DNA of 25,132 nt, taken from positions 1 through 25,132 of the IMG/VR virus record IMGVR_UViG_3300005077_000208; one strand, given 5' to 3'. The notes under the pieces were generated by a model. That model ran no database searches, was not told the origin of the DNA, and saw nothing but the letters and a program-made list of their open reading frames with translations. Shown here piece by piece: positions 1 through 8,840 of the stretch. This DNA is from a virus (taxonomy: Duplodnaviria > Caudoviricetes). The translations under genes and the position numbers were made by a program. Each line of letters starts with the position of its first letter. Positions within the stretch are counted from its first letter, which is position 1.

Positions 1-120
1 TTGGGATATGGGATTTGAGGGAGATGGAATATTAGCGCCTGGTATTCCGGCGGCGGAAGGTGGCATTGATGCGCGCCTTCTTAAAGCTTCTTGTCCTTGT
101 GTTATCTGTGTTGGATTCAT
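1..120 (-). CDS. N-terminal part of a hypothetical Pro/Gln-rich protein (MNPTQITQGQEALRRRASMPPSAAGIPGANIPSPSNPHIP...), runs off the window
   Basis: Hand translation: ATG at 120-118, open to the window edge. AT-rich AATT-ATG context like other genes here, and an upstream minus-strand promoter. Confidence 0.6.
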   Translation of the reverse strand, partial: MNPTQITQGQEALRRRASMPPSAAGIPGANIPSPSNPISQ

Positions 121-126
121 AATTGC

Positions 127-155
127 TTGACAAACTCTAAATTGCCATTTATACT
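127..155 (+). promoter_or_regulatory. sigma70-type promoter, antisense to the structural operon
   Basis: TTGACA (127-132), 17 nt spacer, TATACT (150-155); ATG at 165. Confidence 0.7.
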
Positions 156-164
156 TCTAATATT

Positions 165-193
165 ATGATAGAGTTATTTTTATTCTTTGTCAA
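165..193 (-). promoter_or_regulatory. sigma70-type promoter for the gene starting at 120
   Basis: Minus strand TTGACA (193-188), 17 nt spacer, TATCAT (170-165). Confidence 0.6.
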
Positions 194-320
194 TGCTGCC
201 ATAATATTATTTTTATTTTGTGTCGCTATCGTCTGGTCTTTACTTATTGTTATTTCAATAATGTCATTTATATTTAATTTTTTTCGCCGATCTAAGGACT
301 CTTTCTTGCATCGCTCTTGA
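165..320 (+). CDS. 51-aa hydrophobic membrane peptide (MIELFLFFVNAAIILFLFCVAIVWSLLIVISIMSFIFNFFRRSKDSFLHRS)
   Basis: Hand translation, below the ORF-track size cut-off. About 38 consecutive mostly hydrophobic residues, then a basic tail; directly follows a near-consensus promoter. Confidence 0.5.
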   Translation: MIELFLFFVNAAIILFLFCVAIVWSLLIVISIMSFIFNFFRRSKDSFLHRS

Positions 321-2852
321 ATGCCAATTTCCCTGCTTATATCTCATATCTCTGACTAATCTTGAGGATTGTGTTGGTTTGGCAGTTTCAACTTTACTCA
401 TTATCTCGCTCATCTGTGCTTGGGGAAGAGGCTGTCTTACCGCACCTTTAACTTGAGATAAATCTACCCCTCCTTGACTAAAGGTTGCACCGGATATTCC
501 AGGTGATTCAACCGTTACTGGAGTTTTTGCTGCAGGAGCTATATTTTCAAGTAAATTGTATGTCTTTTGTCCAATTGTTTCTAACGGTTTTCCAATAAAG
601 GTATTGGTAATATTAGCCAAAGCGTTCATTAAACTCATTGATCCTTTTACTTTTAATCCTGCCGGATCTTTCAAAATATCATCCATATAAGTTTTCAAGT
701 TGGCATAAGCCCTAAAATTTGGGATAGCTTCAGGAACTTTGTCTGAGATATAACTTCTTAAATACTTTGAAATATCCTTTGTTAAGGATTTCATTTGTGG
801 ACCTATATTTGGAAGATTAAAAGCCCTAGGTCCAAACTCATCGGCTTTTTTAGCCATTTCCCATAAATTAGTCATAGACAAATCTGCGCTGTTTGATTGA
901 AGGTTATATAATCCCTGATCCGCCAATATCTGTTTTATTTGGGTAGCAACGGCTTGATCGTTAACTCCGTTAGCTTTTAATATTTTATCTATCTGCCTAT
1001 TGACAATATTACTGTTGATTGTTTTTGTCGATTTTTGTATTTTTGAAGCCAAATTACTGCCTTCATCGATTAAAGCCTTTTGTGTAGCTTCAATTCGTCC
1101 CTTATCCGAATATTTATAAATATCATGGTCTAGTAATGTTTTATTAAGCGATTCAGCCTGATCTTTAAGCACATTTTTCGCAATCAATTCCTTAGTTCCT
1201 CCTCCGGTTGTCGCCTCAAGCGTTCCTTCAATAGCTTTTTTTCCGACTCCGGCAACTTTTTCTGGTACTTTTTTAACACCTTTAAGAGGAGCCACATCCT
1301 TAAACATCATTAGCCAAGCTGCGGTCTCAACAGGACTATTCCAAGCATGGCGCAAAATATCCGTTGGATCCCAAGATATACTTCCATCTTCTTTTACTCC
1401 AAATCCGACAGTTTGAGCTAGTGATTTTCCTATTTCCGGTATTTGTTTAGCTGCGGCAGTTATGGGATTTTCTTTTGAAAAATCAAAAATATTTAAAGTT
1501 TGGTTTGGATGTTCTGTAGTCAGATAATCAAAAGCAGAAGTAGCTATATTTTTTACTTCATTGGCCGCATTTTCTATTGGGTTTCCTTTAAATCCGAAAA
1601 ATCCTTCTTCTTGACCAGGAATATTTGTTTTTGTAGTAGTGCCTAAAGCATAATCTTTGTTCAAATAATTTTGTTTATCTTGTTCATTTCCATAAATGTT
1701 TATTATTGATTGCATCTTCTGGGTTAATTGATCCGGCGTATCGGCTAAGACTTCCTTGCTTATTTCAGTTTGTGGAACTGGACTTCCTGAGAACCACCCT
1801 AATCCTCTTTGAATTATATTTCCCTTTTGGACAGTTTTTGATTTTGCCATATTTGCCATTTGAGGCTGTAGAATGGCTTTTTCACCTTCAGACAATACTT
1901 TACCTCCTATTCCAAATCCTATGTGTGCCGCCTGTTTTGATGCCAATGCTCGAAGTTCTGTGTTGAAAGCGGTATCATCAATAAGACCTTTCTTCTTCTT
2001 TTCCATGAGGTCCAATATAGCTTTCGCATTATCTACATTTGTTTTATTAAAATCTAATTTTACTTTTTGGTTTTTTATTCCCTGTACCTCTTCGTCTGAT
2101 AATTTGTACGTTTGATAATACGCTTCAATAGCCGCCTTGTTTTTTCCACCTGTTTTTTGTATATCTCTTAAGAGATCCTTTCTCAAAGCCTCAGCCTTAT
2201 CTTTAGGTAAATTTCCAGCACCTATCTCCTGAGTTTGTTCCTGGGCAAATGGCGATTCACCTGATTGAAAAGTCGGTTGATTTCCAAAAGACGCTTCTGC
2301 CGTAATTGGAGCCGGTGATGCTACTATTGCTTTTGGAGGACCGTTAACTATACCTAGTTTCTGTGCCGCAGTCCAAGGCCCCCAACCCTCGTTTTTATAC
2401 ATTTCAGCCGCGTATTTTACATTTTCCTCAGGATTGGTTAATATTGATGGATCGGGACGGCCTTGTAAAGCTCTGATTTGAAACAATCCATAGGAAGGTA
2501 TCGTTTGGCCGGCAATAGGATAATTGTCCCCTACAGCGGCAGGATTTCCACCGGACTCACCCATCATTACCTTTACAGCATTATCCCATTGATCTTGAGG
2601 AAAGTATTTTTTTATCAAGTCCACATATTGATTTGGCTGTGCATTTGCCTGAAACGGAGCATTCCCTTGAAATGTAGGGCTTTGATTATCGCTTATTTGA
2701 GATTGTGAAACGCCCCCACCCATTTTTTGATATTGGTCAACAAGGGCCGGATTATACGCAGACAATTCAGAAGGATTAACGACTTTTACCTCGCCTGTTT
2801 TTGTATTAAATATTTCTGCCTGTCCATTTGGCAGTATTCTTCTTAATGGCAT
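264..2852 (-). CDS. Virion ejection/DNA-transfer protein with an N-terminal lytic transglycosylase (lysozyme-like/SLT) domain
   Basis: aa ~75-165 contain ...MMGESGGNPAA...SYGLFQI...NPEENVKYAAEMY...GWGPW (catalytic ES and GLFQ motifs). The rest is helical. It lies after the tail genes, like podovirus ejection proteins. Confidence 0.75.
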   Translation of the reverse strand: MPLRRILPNGQAEIFNTKTGEVKVVNPSELSAYNPALVDQYQKMGGGVSQSQISDNQSPTFQGNAPFQANAQPNQYVDLIKKYFPQDQWDNAVKVMMGESGGNPAAVGDNYPIAGQTIPSYGLFQIRALQGRPDPSILTNPEENVKYAAEMYKNEGWGPWTAAQKLGIVNGPPKAIVASPAPITAEASFGNQPTFQSGESPFAQEQTQEIGAGNLPKDKAEALRKDLLRDIQKTGGKNKAAIEAYYQTYKLSDEEVQGIKNQKVKLDFNKTNVDNAKAILDLMEKKKKGLIDDTAFNTELRALASKQAAHIGFGIGGKVLSEGEKAILQPQMANMAKSKTVQKGNIIQRGLGWFSGSPVPQTEISKEVLADTPDQLTQKMQSIINIYGNEQDKQNYLNKDYALGTTTKTNIPGQEEGFFGFKGNPIENAANEVKNIATSAFDYLTTEHPNQTLNIFDFSKENPITAAAKQIPEIGKSLAQTVGFGVKEDGSISWDPTDILRHAWNSPVETAAWLMMFKDVAPLKGVKKVPEKVAGVGKKAIEGTLEATTGGGTKELIAKNVLKDQAESLNKTLLDHDIYKYSDKGRIEATQKALIDEGSNLASKIQKSTKTINSNIVNRQIDKILKANGVNDQAVATQIKQILADQGLYNLQSNSADLSMTNLWEMAKKADEFGPRAFNLPNIGPQMKSLTKDISKYLRSYISDKVPEAIPNFRAYANLKTYMDDILKDPAGLKVKGSMSLMNALANITNTFIGKPLETIGQKTYNLLENIAPAAKTPVTVESPGISGATFSQGGVDLSQVKGAVRQPLPQAQMSEIMSKVETAKPTQSSRLVRDMRYKQGNWHSRAMQERVLRSAKKIKYK

Positions 2853-2853
2853 A

Positions 2854-3093
2854 TTACCAACCTGAATCTGAAATTATATTTCCATTACCGTCACCACTTC
2901 CACCTCCACCCACCGTATTTACTATCTGTCCGGTTGAGGGATCATAAATATACCCTGTCGAACTTACTCCGAGTGTTGCAAACTGATAGCTTGGCGACTT
3001 CTCAGCCTGTGATTTTATTTCATCCAATCTGTAATCGTGATCCTGTTTCATTTTTTGGAGTTCAGCTAATCTCTGATATTCCTGATCGGTCAA
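2854..3093 (-). CDS. Probable C-terminal fragment of the 3113-3646 ejection protein (frameshifted)
   Basis: The start is only a TTG. The frame is open upstream (…DKLQRQRQLTDQEY…) and overlaps the end of the 177-aa ORF. Confidence 0.5.
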   Translation of the reverse strand: MTDQEYQRLAELQKMKQDHDYRLDEIKSQAEKSPSYQFATLGVSSTGYIYDPSTGQIVNTVGGGGSGDGNGNIISDSGW

Positions 3094-3112
3094 TTGTCTT
3101 TGCCTTTGGAGT

Positions 3113-3646
3113 TTATCCGGCCCTTTCGCTCATTGTGTCAAGAACGAGTTTATAAGTTCCCAAATCATTTTGCTGTCCCTGCAATGCCAACCCTACCTTT
3201 GTTCCTAATGTGCTTTCGCCTTGAGATATGCTCCCTTGAACCCTGCCTAAAGCCGTAGATAGTTCCCCTAATCTCTGTTGTAGTGGAAGGCTTTTGGCCG
3301 ATACCATGCCTTGTCTTTGAGCTTCCGTAACGATACTGTTTCGCGTTGTAGCTGACACATTAGGTTCAACCCTTTTTAAAGCATCTTCTACATTTCCTAT
3401 CGCCCCCTGTATTGTAGATGAGGTTTTACGAAGCTGTGGCAGTCCGGCGGCCCCCTCAAGCTGAGTGTAAATATCTAAAGGTTTTGCCTGTGATTGCTGG
3501 TAGTTGATATATGACTGTAAAGCTCTGTCTACTAAAGGATTAGTCGTTCCAGTCATAAAATCACTTAAAGATCCGCCTATGTCATTTAAGGAGCCGTAGC
3601 CAACATTCTGCTGATCTGTAAGAGCCTGATCCAAATTGTCTGCCAT
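3113..3646 (-). CDS. Gln/Ser-rich helical putative internal virion (ejection) protein, possibly frameshifted
   Basis: ORF composition, position between the tail hub and the SLT protein, and its own leaderless promoter. Confidence 0.55.
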   Translation of the reverse strand: MADNLDQALTDQQNVGYGSLNDIGGSLSDFMTGTTNPLVDRALQSYINYQQSQAKPLDIYTQLEGAAGLPQLRKTSSTIQGAIGNVEDALKRVEPNVSATTRNSIVTEAQRQGMVSAKSLPLQQRLGELSTALGRVQGSISQGESTLGTKVGLALQGQQNDLGTYKLVLDTMSERAG

Positions 3647-3652
3647 ACTTCA

Positions 3653-3681
3653 AATATAGAATTATTAACTCTTTATGTCAA
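3653..3681 (-). promoter_or_regulatory. sigma70 promoter giving a leaderless mRNA
   Basis: TTGACA (3681-3676), 17 nt, TATATT (3658-3653), 6 nt, ATG (3646). Confidence 0.7.
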
Positions 3682-3957
3682 TGACACCTCATCCCAATCC
3701 TCGGTATCTCTATTATAAACCTTAAATTTTTTTGTATCAGTTTCATAATACACCATGACTCCCTGGCTGGGTATTTCCCCATCCGGAATTTCCGCCGCAG
3801 TACCGGCCTGGATATATAAAACTCCATCTTTTATTTGCCTTCCGTTTAACGACTTTGGCAATATTTGTATTGTCTCAACAATCTTATTTTTTAAAATACC
3901 AACCTCTTTTTTCAGGTCGATAACCATTTTTTCAAGCTGATCGTTATTAAGTGCCAT
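3673..3957 (-). CDS. Small tail-associated hypothetical protein
   Basis: N-terminal coiled coil and a C-terminal VYYETDTKKFKVYN…W beta motif of the kind seen in fibre proteins; TAATG-coupled to the tail hub gene. Confidence 0.6.
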   Translation of the reverse strand: MALNNDQLEKMVIDLKKEVGILKNKIVETIQILPKSLNGRQIKDGVLYIQAGTAAEIPDGEIPSQGVMVYYETDTKKFKVYNRDTEDWDEVSLT

Positions 3958-6900
3958 TAAAATTGTTCCTCATCGCTTAGAGGCGAATGCTCAAGGGCAA
4001 CTGATAACACTTCAGGACTTGTAGTGGTTGTCGTTGCCAAATCACAAGCCATTTCGATTTCCTTATGCCTTCCCCCTAAAATTGACAATCTAGCCTTTTG
4101 TTTTCCTTCAGTAGATTGAGCCGAGTCCATTTCATTCCAATCATCTTCCCTATCTAATTTGTATTTAACCGCGACAGATTCCCCGTCATTTAAGGCAACA
4201 AAATCCGCCCTTACAGTCTGTGCATCTTTTTCCTTCCACACAGCCCCATAATCTTCTATAAAAAACTCAACCGTTCCCGAAGAAAACGGATCTGCGCCTG
4301 GATCAACGTAATCAACGTAATATTGGCCTCCATCCTTTACACCTATTAAAAGCTTATTTCCCACCGGATAAACTAAGCCTATTTTGACATCGCTTCCATA
4401 ATTAAGGGATGAGGGTATATAATCAAAAGTCAATGAATTTTCATATCTGATATTTTTTGTTCCCCAAGCATAAACACCTCGTTGAACATCATCGCTGTCC
4501 CCTCCGCCGGCAACGCCAATATAAAGTAATTTGTGCCACATATTCAAAGCTCCTGGATAAATTTCAATATATTTATCTTTCTCAAGTTTGGGTATTTGCT
4601 TTACAAAAGAAGCGTCAGATCCTCCCTTATATTCCATCAACTCGCCTGAATAGCCAGGAATTATGTATAAAGTCCCTTTTGAAGTAAATAAGGCATTGAC
4701 TCCGCCTTCGGGTAAGTTTATAGACAATTCGTAAGTTTTGCTGTACCCGTCCCATAAAAAGACCCTACCATCTTCCGAGTCGTATATGTTATCTCCCCTC
4801 ATTACGCCTATTGCCAAATACCCTTGCCAAAGAGCCAAAGCCCTAACCCTGTAACCTGACGGAAAGGTAAGCCTATGTGGATCATAAGATGATGCATCCC
4901 AGACTGCTAGATACCTCCCATTACCTGTCACTAGCATATTAAGAAACTGTATTTGTGGATGCCATTCGGTATCAGTTACTAAAAATTGATAGTAAGTATG
5001 AAAATCGGCAGTATTCAGGTTGTTGTTCGTGGTGCTTACCACAGTTCCGTCAGCAACGGTTGATGTAATATGAAAGTGATAAGTTGCCCCTAATATCGGC
5101 CTCCAGACATCGGAGAATATAAACTCAAAATCTCCGGTATGCAAACTTGCATTTGCGACAGTTTTTGAGACTACAACTCTATTTAAGGCATCATGGACAA
5201 CTAAAGTCCAGTCTCCTGTTCCTGTGGCCGCGATATTAACTTCAATAGATTTTTGGGGATCTTTTTCCGGTACGAAATCCTGTCTTTTAGCACTTGATGA
5301 CTCATCTATTGAAGTCTCAAGGGTATAAGTATCTCCTGTCGTATCAAGCGACTGGTCCAAATCTTCCCTGGCAGTTGGAGCCGAAAACGGGACATCGGTT
5401 GAATAAGTAGGGCTGTTTACGGCTGTTAAATCATAACCATCCGGTCCTGAGTCGGTAGCATCGTTATCAAATTCAAAATAAACCACAAGCCCCACCTCAT
5501 TACCTCCAAGCTCCAAGTCCTTGTCAAAAAGCAAATCGTCAGCATCGCGTGCTATATTCCACAATCTCGCATCATCCATTTTTCCGTCAAAAAACTTTTC
5601 AGCCGCCCCTGCCCCGCTGAAGGATGCCCCTATCGAAAATAATGCCGTACTATCGTAAATTGCACCTAAAGCTCCCGTTGTTGATCCTACCGATTCACCA
5701 TCTACATAAAATGTGGCTATCTTTGTTGAGGCTACCCATGTAACGGCTACCCTATGCCATACACCAGTCTCCGCGATTGAAAATGGACGGGTTAATATCT
5801 CGCTGTTTGCTCCGGTTGAAGAGATGCTTAAATTTAGCGTATATCCGGTAATTGTGCTTAAATCATTGTCAACAGTCGAGTAAAGAGTTGGGCTTGATGT
5901 TCCCGTTAACGCTGTTGAATAGTTTATATGTACTCGTCCTACCGATCCCGTTCCACCTTGAATAGCAAATCCTGATGTATTATATCCTCCTGCCCCGCCT
6001 GATGAGGTTAATAAGGCCGTACCAAGTGTTCCTGTCTGGGTTTCAATTAAGACTGATCCTCCGGCCCCTCCGCCTCCACCTCCGTTTGCATGTCCTAAGT
6101 CAGCCACTAATCCCTGAGCGCCGTTAGCCGTAATTGATGCTCCGGAGTTTACAGTAAAAGTCGCTCCTGCAATATATATTATTCCCCCTCCTGCGCCTCC
6201 TGATCCTCCACCCTCACCTGCGCCTACTGAGTATGAGTTTCCACCCGATCCTCCTCCTCCACCCATATACATTAAAGCAAGCAAATCTTGGCCTCCAACA
6301 GCGTTTCCAGGCTGACCCGCACCTAAAGGGTTTGAGCCTGTAGATCCTGTCCCTCCTATAGTCGCATATCCTCCCCCACCGCCTGATGATCCGGCGCTTC
6401 CCCCCGATGATCCTCTTCCTCCACCTCCTCCTGAATAATTTGCCACATAATTTGTTGAATCATAGACAGTTGTTCCATAACCTTCACCTTGCAACCCCCC
6501 TATATTTACAGTTGATGCAGGGCGTGAAGCTCCCCTAAATCCTTTACCGGAAACTGTTATTGTTCCATTTATCGTAACTGTCCCCGATGCTAAGAAAGCG
6601 AATATTCCCCCCGTTGTCCCATTCCAAGCCTTACCTGTCCATGTTTTACCCGCGTTCACCGTCACGTCTGCATATTGAGGCAATACCAGAACTTGAGCTT
6701 TGTTTGTGCCTGATGAAGAAAAGCTTATTTTTAACTTATCGACAGTGGTTATCGTTCCTGCCGTGTATGCTTGAATCTTAGTTCTTTGTGAAATACCCGC
6801 GTTTGTCCCTATCATCTGGACTATTAAAATCTCCTGTCCTGCCGCAAATGAAGCGTTAGTGGCTGAAAGAGAGTAAGTATTTATTGTTCCCGAACAGGCC

Positions 6901-7634
6901 GCGTCAGTTGGCGCTTGAGTCGTATTACTTGAAATCGTCAAGTTTCCGGCTGATCCGTCACCGAAGTTTGAAGATGAAGTTTTTATCGAAAATTTATAGC
7001 TTCTTTGGTCTGATGCCTCATTCCACTTACCCATTATAACCATCTCCCCACCTGATGTCGGTAAGCTTTCCGACTTGATATATGCCTCCATGCTTATATC
7101 TCCGGTAATAGACAAGTCCGCATTGTCAGCCCGCGTAAAGTACATGGAACTTGAAGCTTCAAGATCGGTTGAGTGGGTATTGGTAGGCTCTCCCCCCTCT
7201 GATCCTAAGAAATCATCAACAAACGTAGGGGTTGCTCCGTCAATATTTAGAGGACCATAACGCCCTAAAACCCTGTCTGATGCGTAATGCAAGTATCCGT
7301 CCTCTCCATAATAAGCCATCCCGTTTCCATGATTTGAGGGTATTTGTCTTAAATCGCTGTATTCAAAGCTTGAGTCGCGTTTATATAAATGTCCGGTATC
7401 GCCTAACATATACACATCACTATCTACCATATCGGCCCATTTTGGAAGATCGACAACGACAGATCCCGATTCCTTTTGGGTTTTTGGCATTAACTTGAAT
7501 GAACGAGGACTGGAACGCAGATCAATACAACGGGCAAATCTTATCGTATCGGAAACTTCTTTTTTCTCATAGTCTCCTATCCCGTTTATGAACCTGTCGT
7601 AGGTTATATAGTTTTTTTTTACTTTTGTAGCCAT
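3957..7634 (-). CDS. Tail hub/nozzle (stabilisation)-like protein with inserted LamG-like and glycine-rich domains
   Basis: Follows the adaptor gene and has beta-propeller-like N and C parts. LamG motifs (WHRVAVTW…FYVDG…FFDGKMDDARLWN) and a long GGGGG-rich segment. Confidence 0.65.
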   Translation of the reverse strand: MATKVKKNYITYDRFINGIGDYEKKEVSDTIRFARCIDLRSSPRSFKLMPKTQKESGSVVVDLPKWADMVDSDVYMLGDTGHLYKRDSSFEYSDLRQIPSNHGNGMAYYGEDGYLHYASDRVLGRYGPLNIDGATPTFVDDFLGSEGGEPTNTHSTDLEASSSMYFTRADNADLSITGDISMEAYIKSESLPTSGGEMVIMGKWNEASDQRSYKFSIKTSSSNFGDGSAGNLTISSNTTQAPTDAACSGTINTYSLSATNASFAAGQEILIVQMIGTNAGISQRTKIQAYTAGTITTVDKLKISFSSSGTNKAQVLVLPQYADVTVNAGKTWTGKAWNGTTGGIFAFLASGTVTINGTITVSGKGFRGASRPASTVNIGGLQGEGYGTTVYDSTNYVANYSGGGGGRGSSGGSAGSSGGGGGYATIGGTGSTGSNPLGAGQPGNAVGGQDLLALMYMGGGGGSGGNSYSVGAGEGGGSGGAGGGIIYIAGATFTVNSGASITANGAQGLVADLGHANGGGGGGAGGSVLIETQTGTLGTALLTSSGGAGGYNTSGFAIQGGTGSVGRVHINYSTALTGTSSPTLYSTVDNDLSTITGYTLNLSISSTGANSEILTRPFSIAETGVWHRVAVTWVASTKIATFYVDGESVGSTTGALGAIYDSTALFSIGASFSGAGAAEKFFDGKMDDARLWNIARDADDLLFDKDLELGGNEVGLVVYFEFDNDATDSGPDGYDLTAVNSPTYSTDVPFSAPTAREDLDQSLDTTGDTYTLETSIDESSSAKRQDFVPEKDPQKSIEVNIAATGTGDWTLVVHDALNRVVVSKTVANASLHTGDFEFIFSDVWRPILGATYHFHITSTVADGTVVSTTNNNLNTADFHTYYQFLVTDTEWHPQIQFLNMLVTGNGRYLAVWDASSYDPHRLTFPSGYRVRALALWQGYLAIGVMRGDNIYDSEDGRVFLWDGYSKTYELSINLPEGGVNALFTSKGTLYIIPGYSGELMEYKGGSDASFVKQIPKLEKDKYIEIYPGALNMWHKLLYIGVAGGGDSDDVQRGVYAWGTKNIRYENSLTFDYIPSSLNYGSDVKIGLVYPVGNKLLIGVKDGGQYYVDYVDPGADPFSSGTVEFFIEDYGAVWKEKDAQTVRADFVALNDGESVAVKYKLDREDDWNEMDSAQSTEGKQKARLSILGGRHKEIEMACDLATTTTTSPEVLSVALEHSPLSDEEQF

Positions 7635-7635
7635 T

Positions 7636-8568
7636 TTAGGTTATTTCTGAGGGGAAAAAGTTATGATTTCTTATTCCACCTCTTCTCAATTTTCTTTGAC
7701 CTTTAATAACCTTATTAGTTGATCTATGTCCCCATCTTTCCTTCGCGGCGGCTAAACCTGTCCCTGCATATTTGCCTGTTCCCATAAACTTAGCCTGATA
7801 ATCGTCTGACTTGTCGCTATCCACTTTAGGACCGGCAAAATAGCTCATACAGGTAAAATATACGGGAAGAATATGGGTTGAGGAGGGTAAGTTAGGCATC
7901 TCGCCTATGGTGTAGCTTTCAGATCCGGCAGCAATAGCCGATCCTTGATATTCTTTTGAAAGCGTCAGGGTTGTTGTCGAGTCAACAGTCTCGATCTTAT
8001 ACCATCGTGGGTAATCGTCAATCTTAAAATATCTGCCTTCAAGCACGCTAGTCCAATCCGGAGAATTGTCTCCCGTTACCTCAGTCCCTTCGTTATCCAA
8101 TGTTAAAATGGTTCCCTGGATATAATCATCGGCTGACAGGTCTTTCCCCTCCGCCTCATATCTTAACGTCATTACATAATCAGCAGTTGAAGGGGTAGGA
8201 TAAAGTTCATAAGTTTCGTGCCTGAAAAATATATGAGTGGGGTAATCTGCTGTATTAGGATAGGATTTTAGCTCTTGCCAAAGGCTTTCATCCTTTATCT
8301 CATTTTCAGCTAAAATATGGTGTCTTACGTCATCTGAGCCTGTTACATAAAAATCCTTCATTCTTATATAATCGTCAGGAGTCGGGTAGGTATCAACATC
8401 TTCCTCTGTCAAATCAGTCCTTGTCTCCTCAGTGTAAAACGAGCCTAATGTATCCTCGACAAAATGCAGTCCTATATTCAAATGTTGCTTAAAAAATTCA
8501 AGGGCATCACTGCTGTCGTCATTGCAGTATTTTTGACTTAATTCATACTGATCCTGGAAGCTTAACAT
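7636..8568 (-). CDS. Head-to-tail adaptor protein
   Basis: Helical N-terminus, Y-x-x-P-x-D motif, YELYPTPS…Y motif, an inserted beta domain, and position before the tail hub. Confidence 0.65.
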   Translation of the reverse strand: MLSFQDQYELSQKYCNDDSSDALEFFKQHLNIGLHFVEDTLGSFYTEETRTDLTEEDVDTYPTPDDYIRMKDFYVTGSDDVRHHILAENEIKDESLWQELKSYPNTADYPTHIFFRHETYELYPTPSTADYVMTLRYEAEGKDLSADDYIQGTILTLDNEGTEVTGDNSPDWTSVLEGRYFKIDDYPRWYKIETVDSTTTLTLSKEYQGSAIAAGSESYTIGEMPNLPSSTHILPVYFTCMSYFAGPKVDSDKSDDYQAKFMGTGKYAGTGLAAAKERWGHRSTNKVIKGQRKLRRGGIRNHNFFPSEIT

Positions 8569-8576
8569 ATTTATAT

Positions 8577-8613
8577 AAAAAAACCCACCTAATTGGCGGG
8601 TATTCTGTACCTC
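8577..8613 (-). promoter_or_regulatory. Leader element copy 1: operator hairpin GAGGTACAGAATACCC overlapping terminator-like stem ACCCGCC-AATTA-GGTGGGT plus U-tract
   Basis: Direct reading. TATATT (8628-8623) lies 9 nt upstream, and ATG 8568 lies 8 nt after the U-tract. Confidence 0.75.
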
Positions 8614-8635
8614 CTAAATATCAATATACTACATT

Positions 8636-8833
8636 TCAGTTAATTTCTCCACTTTTTTTGCCGTACTCAAGACTGTCATCAATAAAATAAATCATCGGTT
8701 TTAAGCCTATTATCACCCCATTTACCTCATCAGTCTCCAGAACAGTAAAAATCTTTATTCTGTATTTAGTAAGAAGCTGCCTCAACTCTTTTTCAAACCG
8801 GCCTTTTCTTTCTCCGAAATCGCCAGTTGACAT
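8636..8833 (-). CDS. Hypothetical protein (65 aa), apparent paralogue of 10479-10721
   Basis: Shared F-x-x-EL-x-x-LL-x-K…G-(I/L)-x-P pattern. Confidence 0.6.
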   Translation of the reverse strand: MSTGDFGERKGRFEKELRQLLTKYRIKIFTVLETDEVNGVIIGLKPMIYFIDDSLEYGKKSGEIN

Positions 8834-8840
8834 AGGAAGA

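Noticed and set aside
128-147. Minus-strand hairpin TGGCAA-TTTAGAGT-TTGTCA before ATG 120 as another operator copy
   Set aside because: The loop length and sequence and the bulged-A architecture do not fit the consensus.
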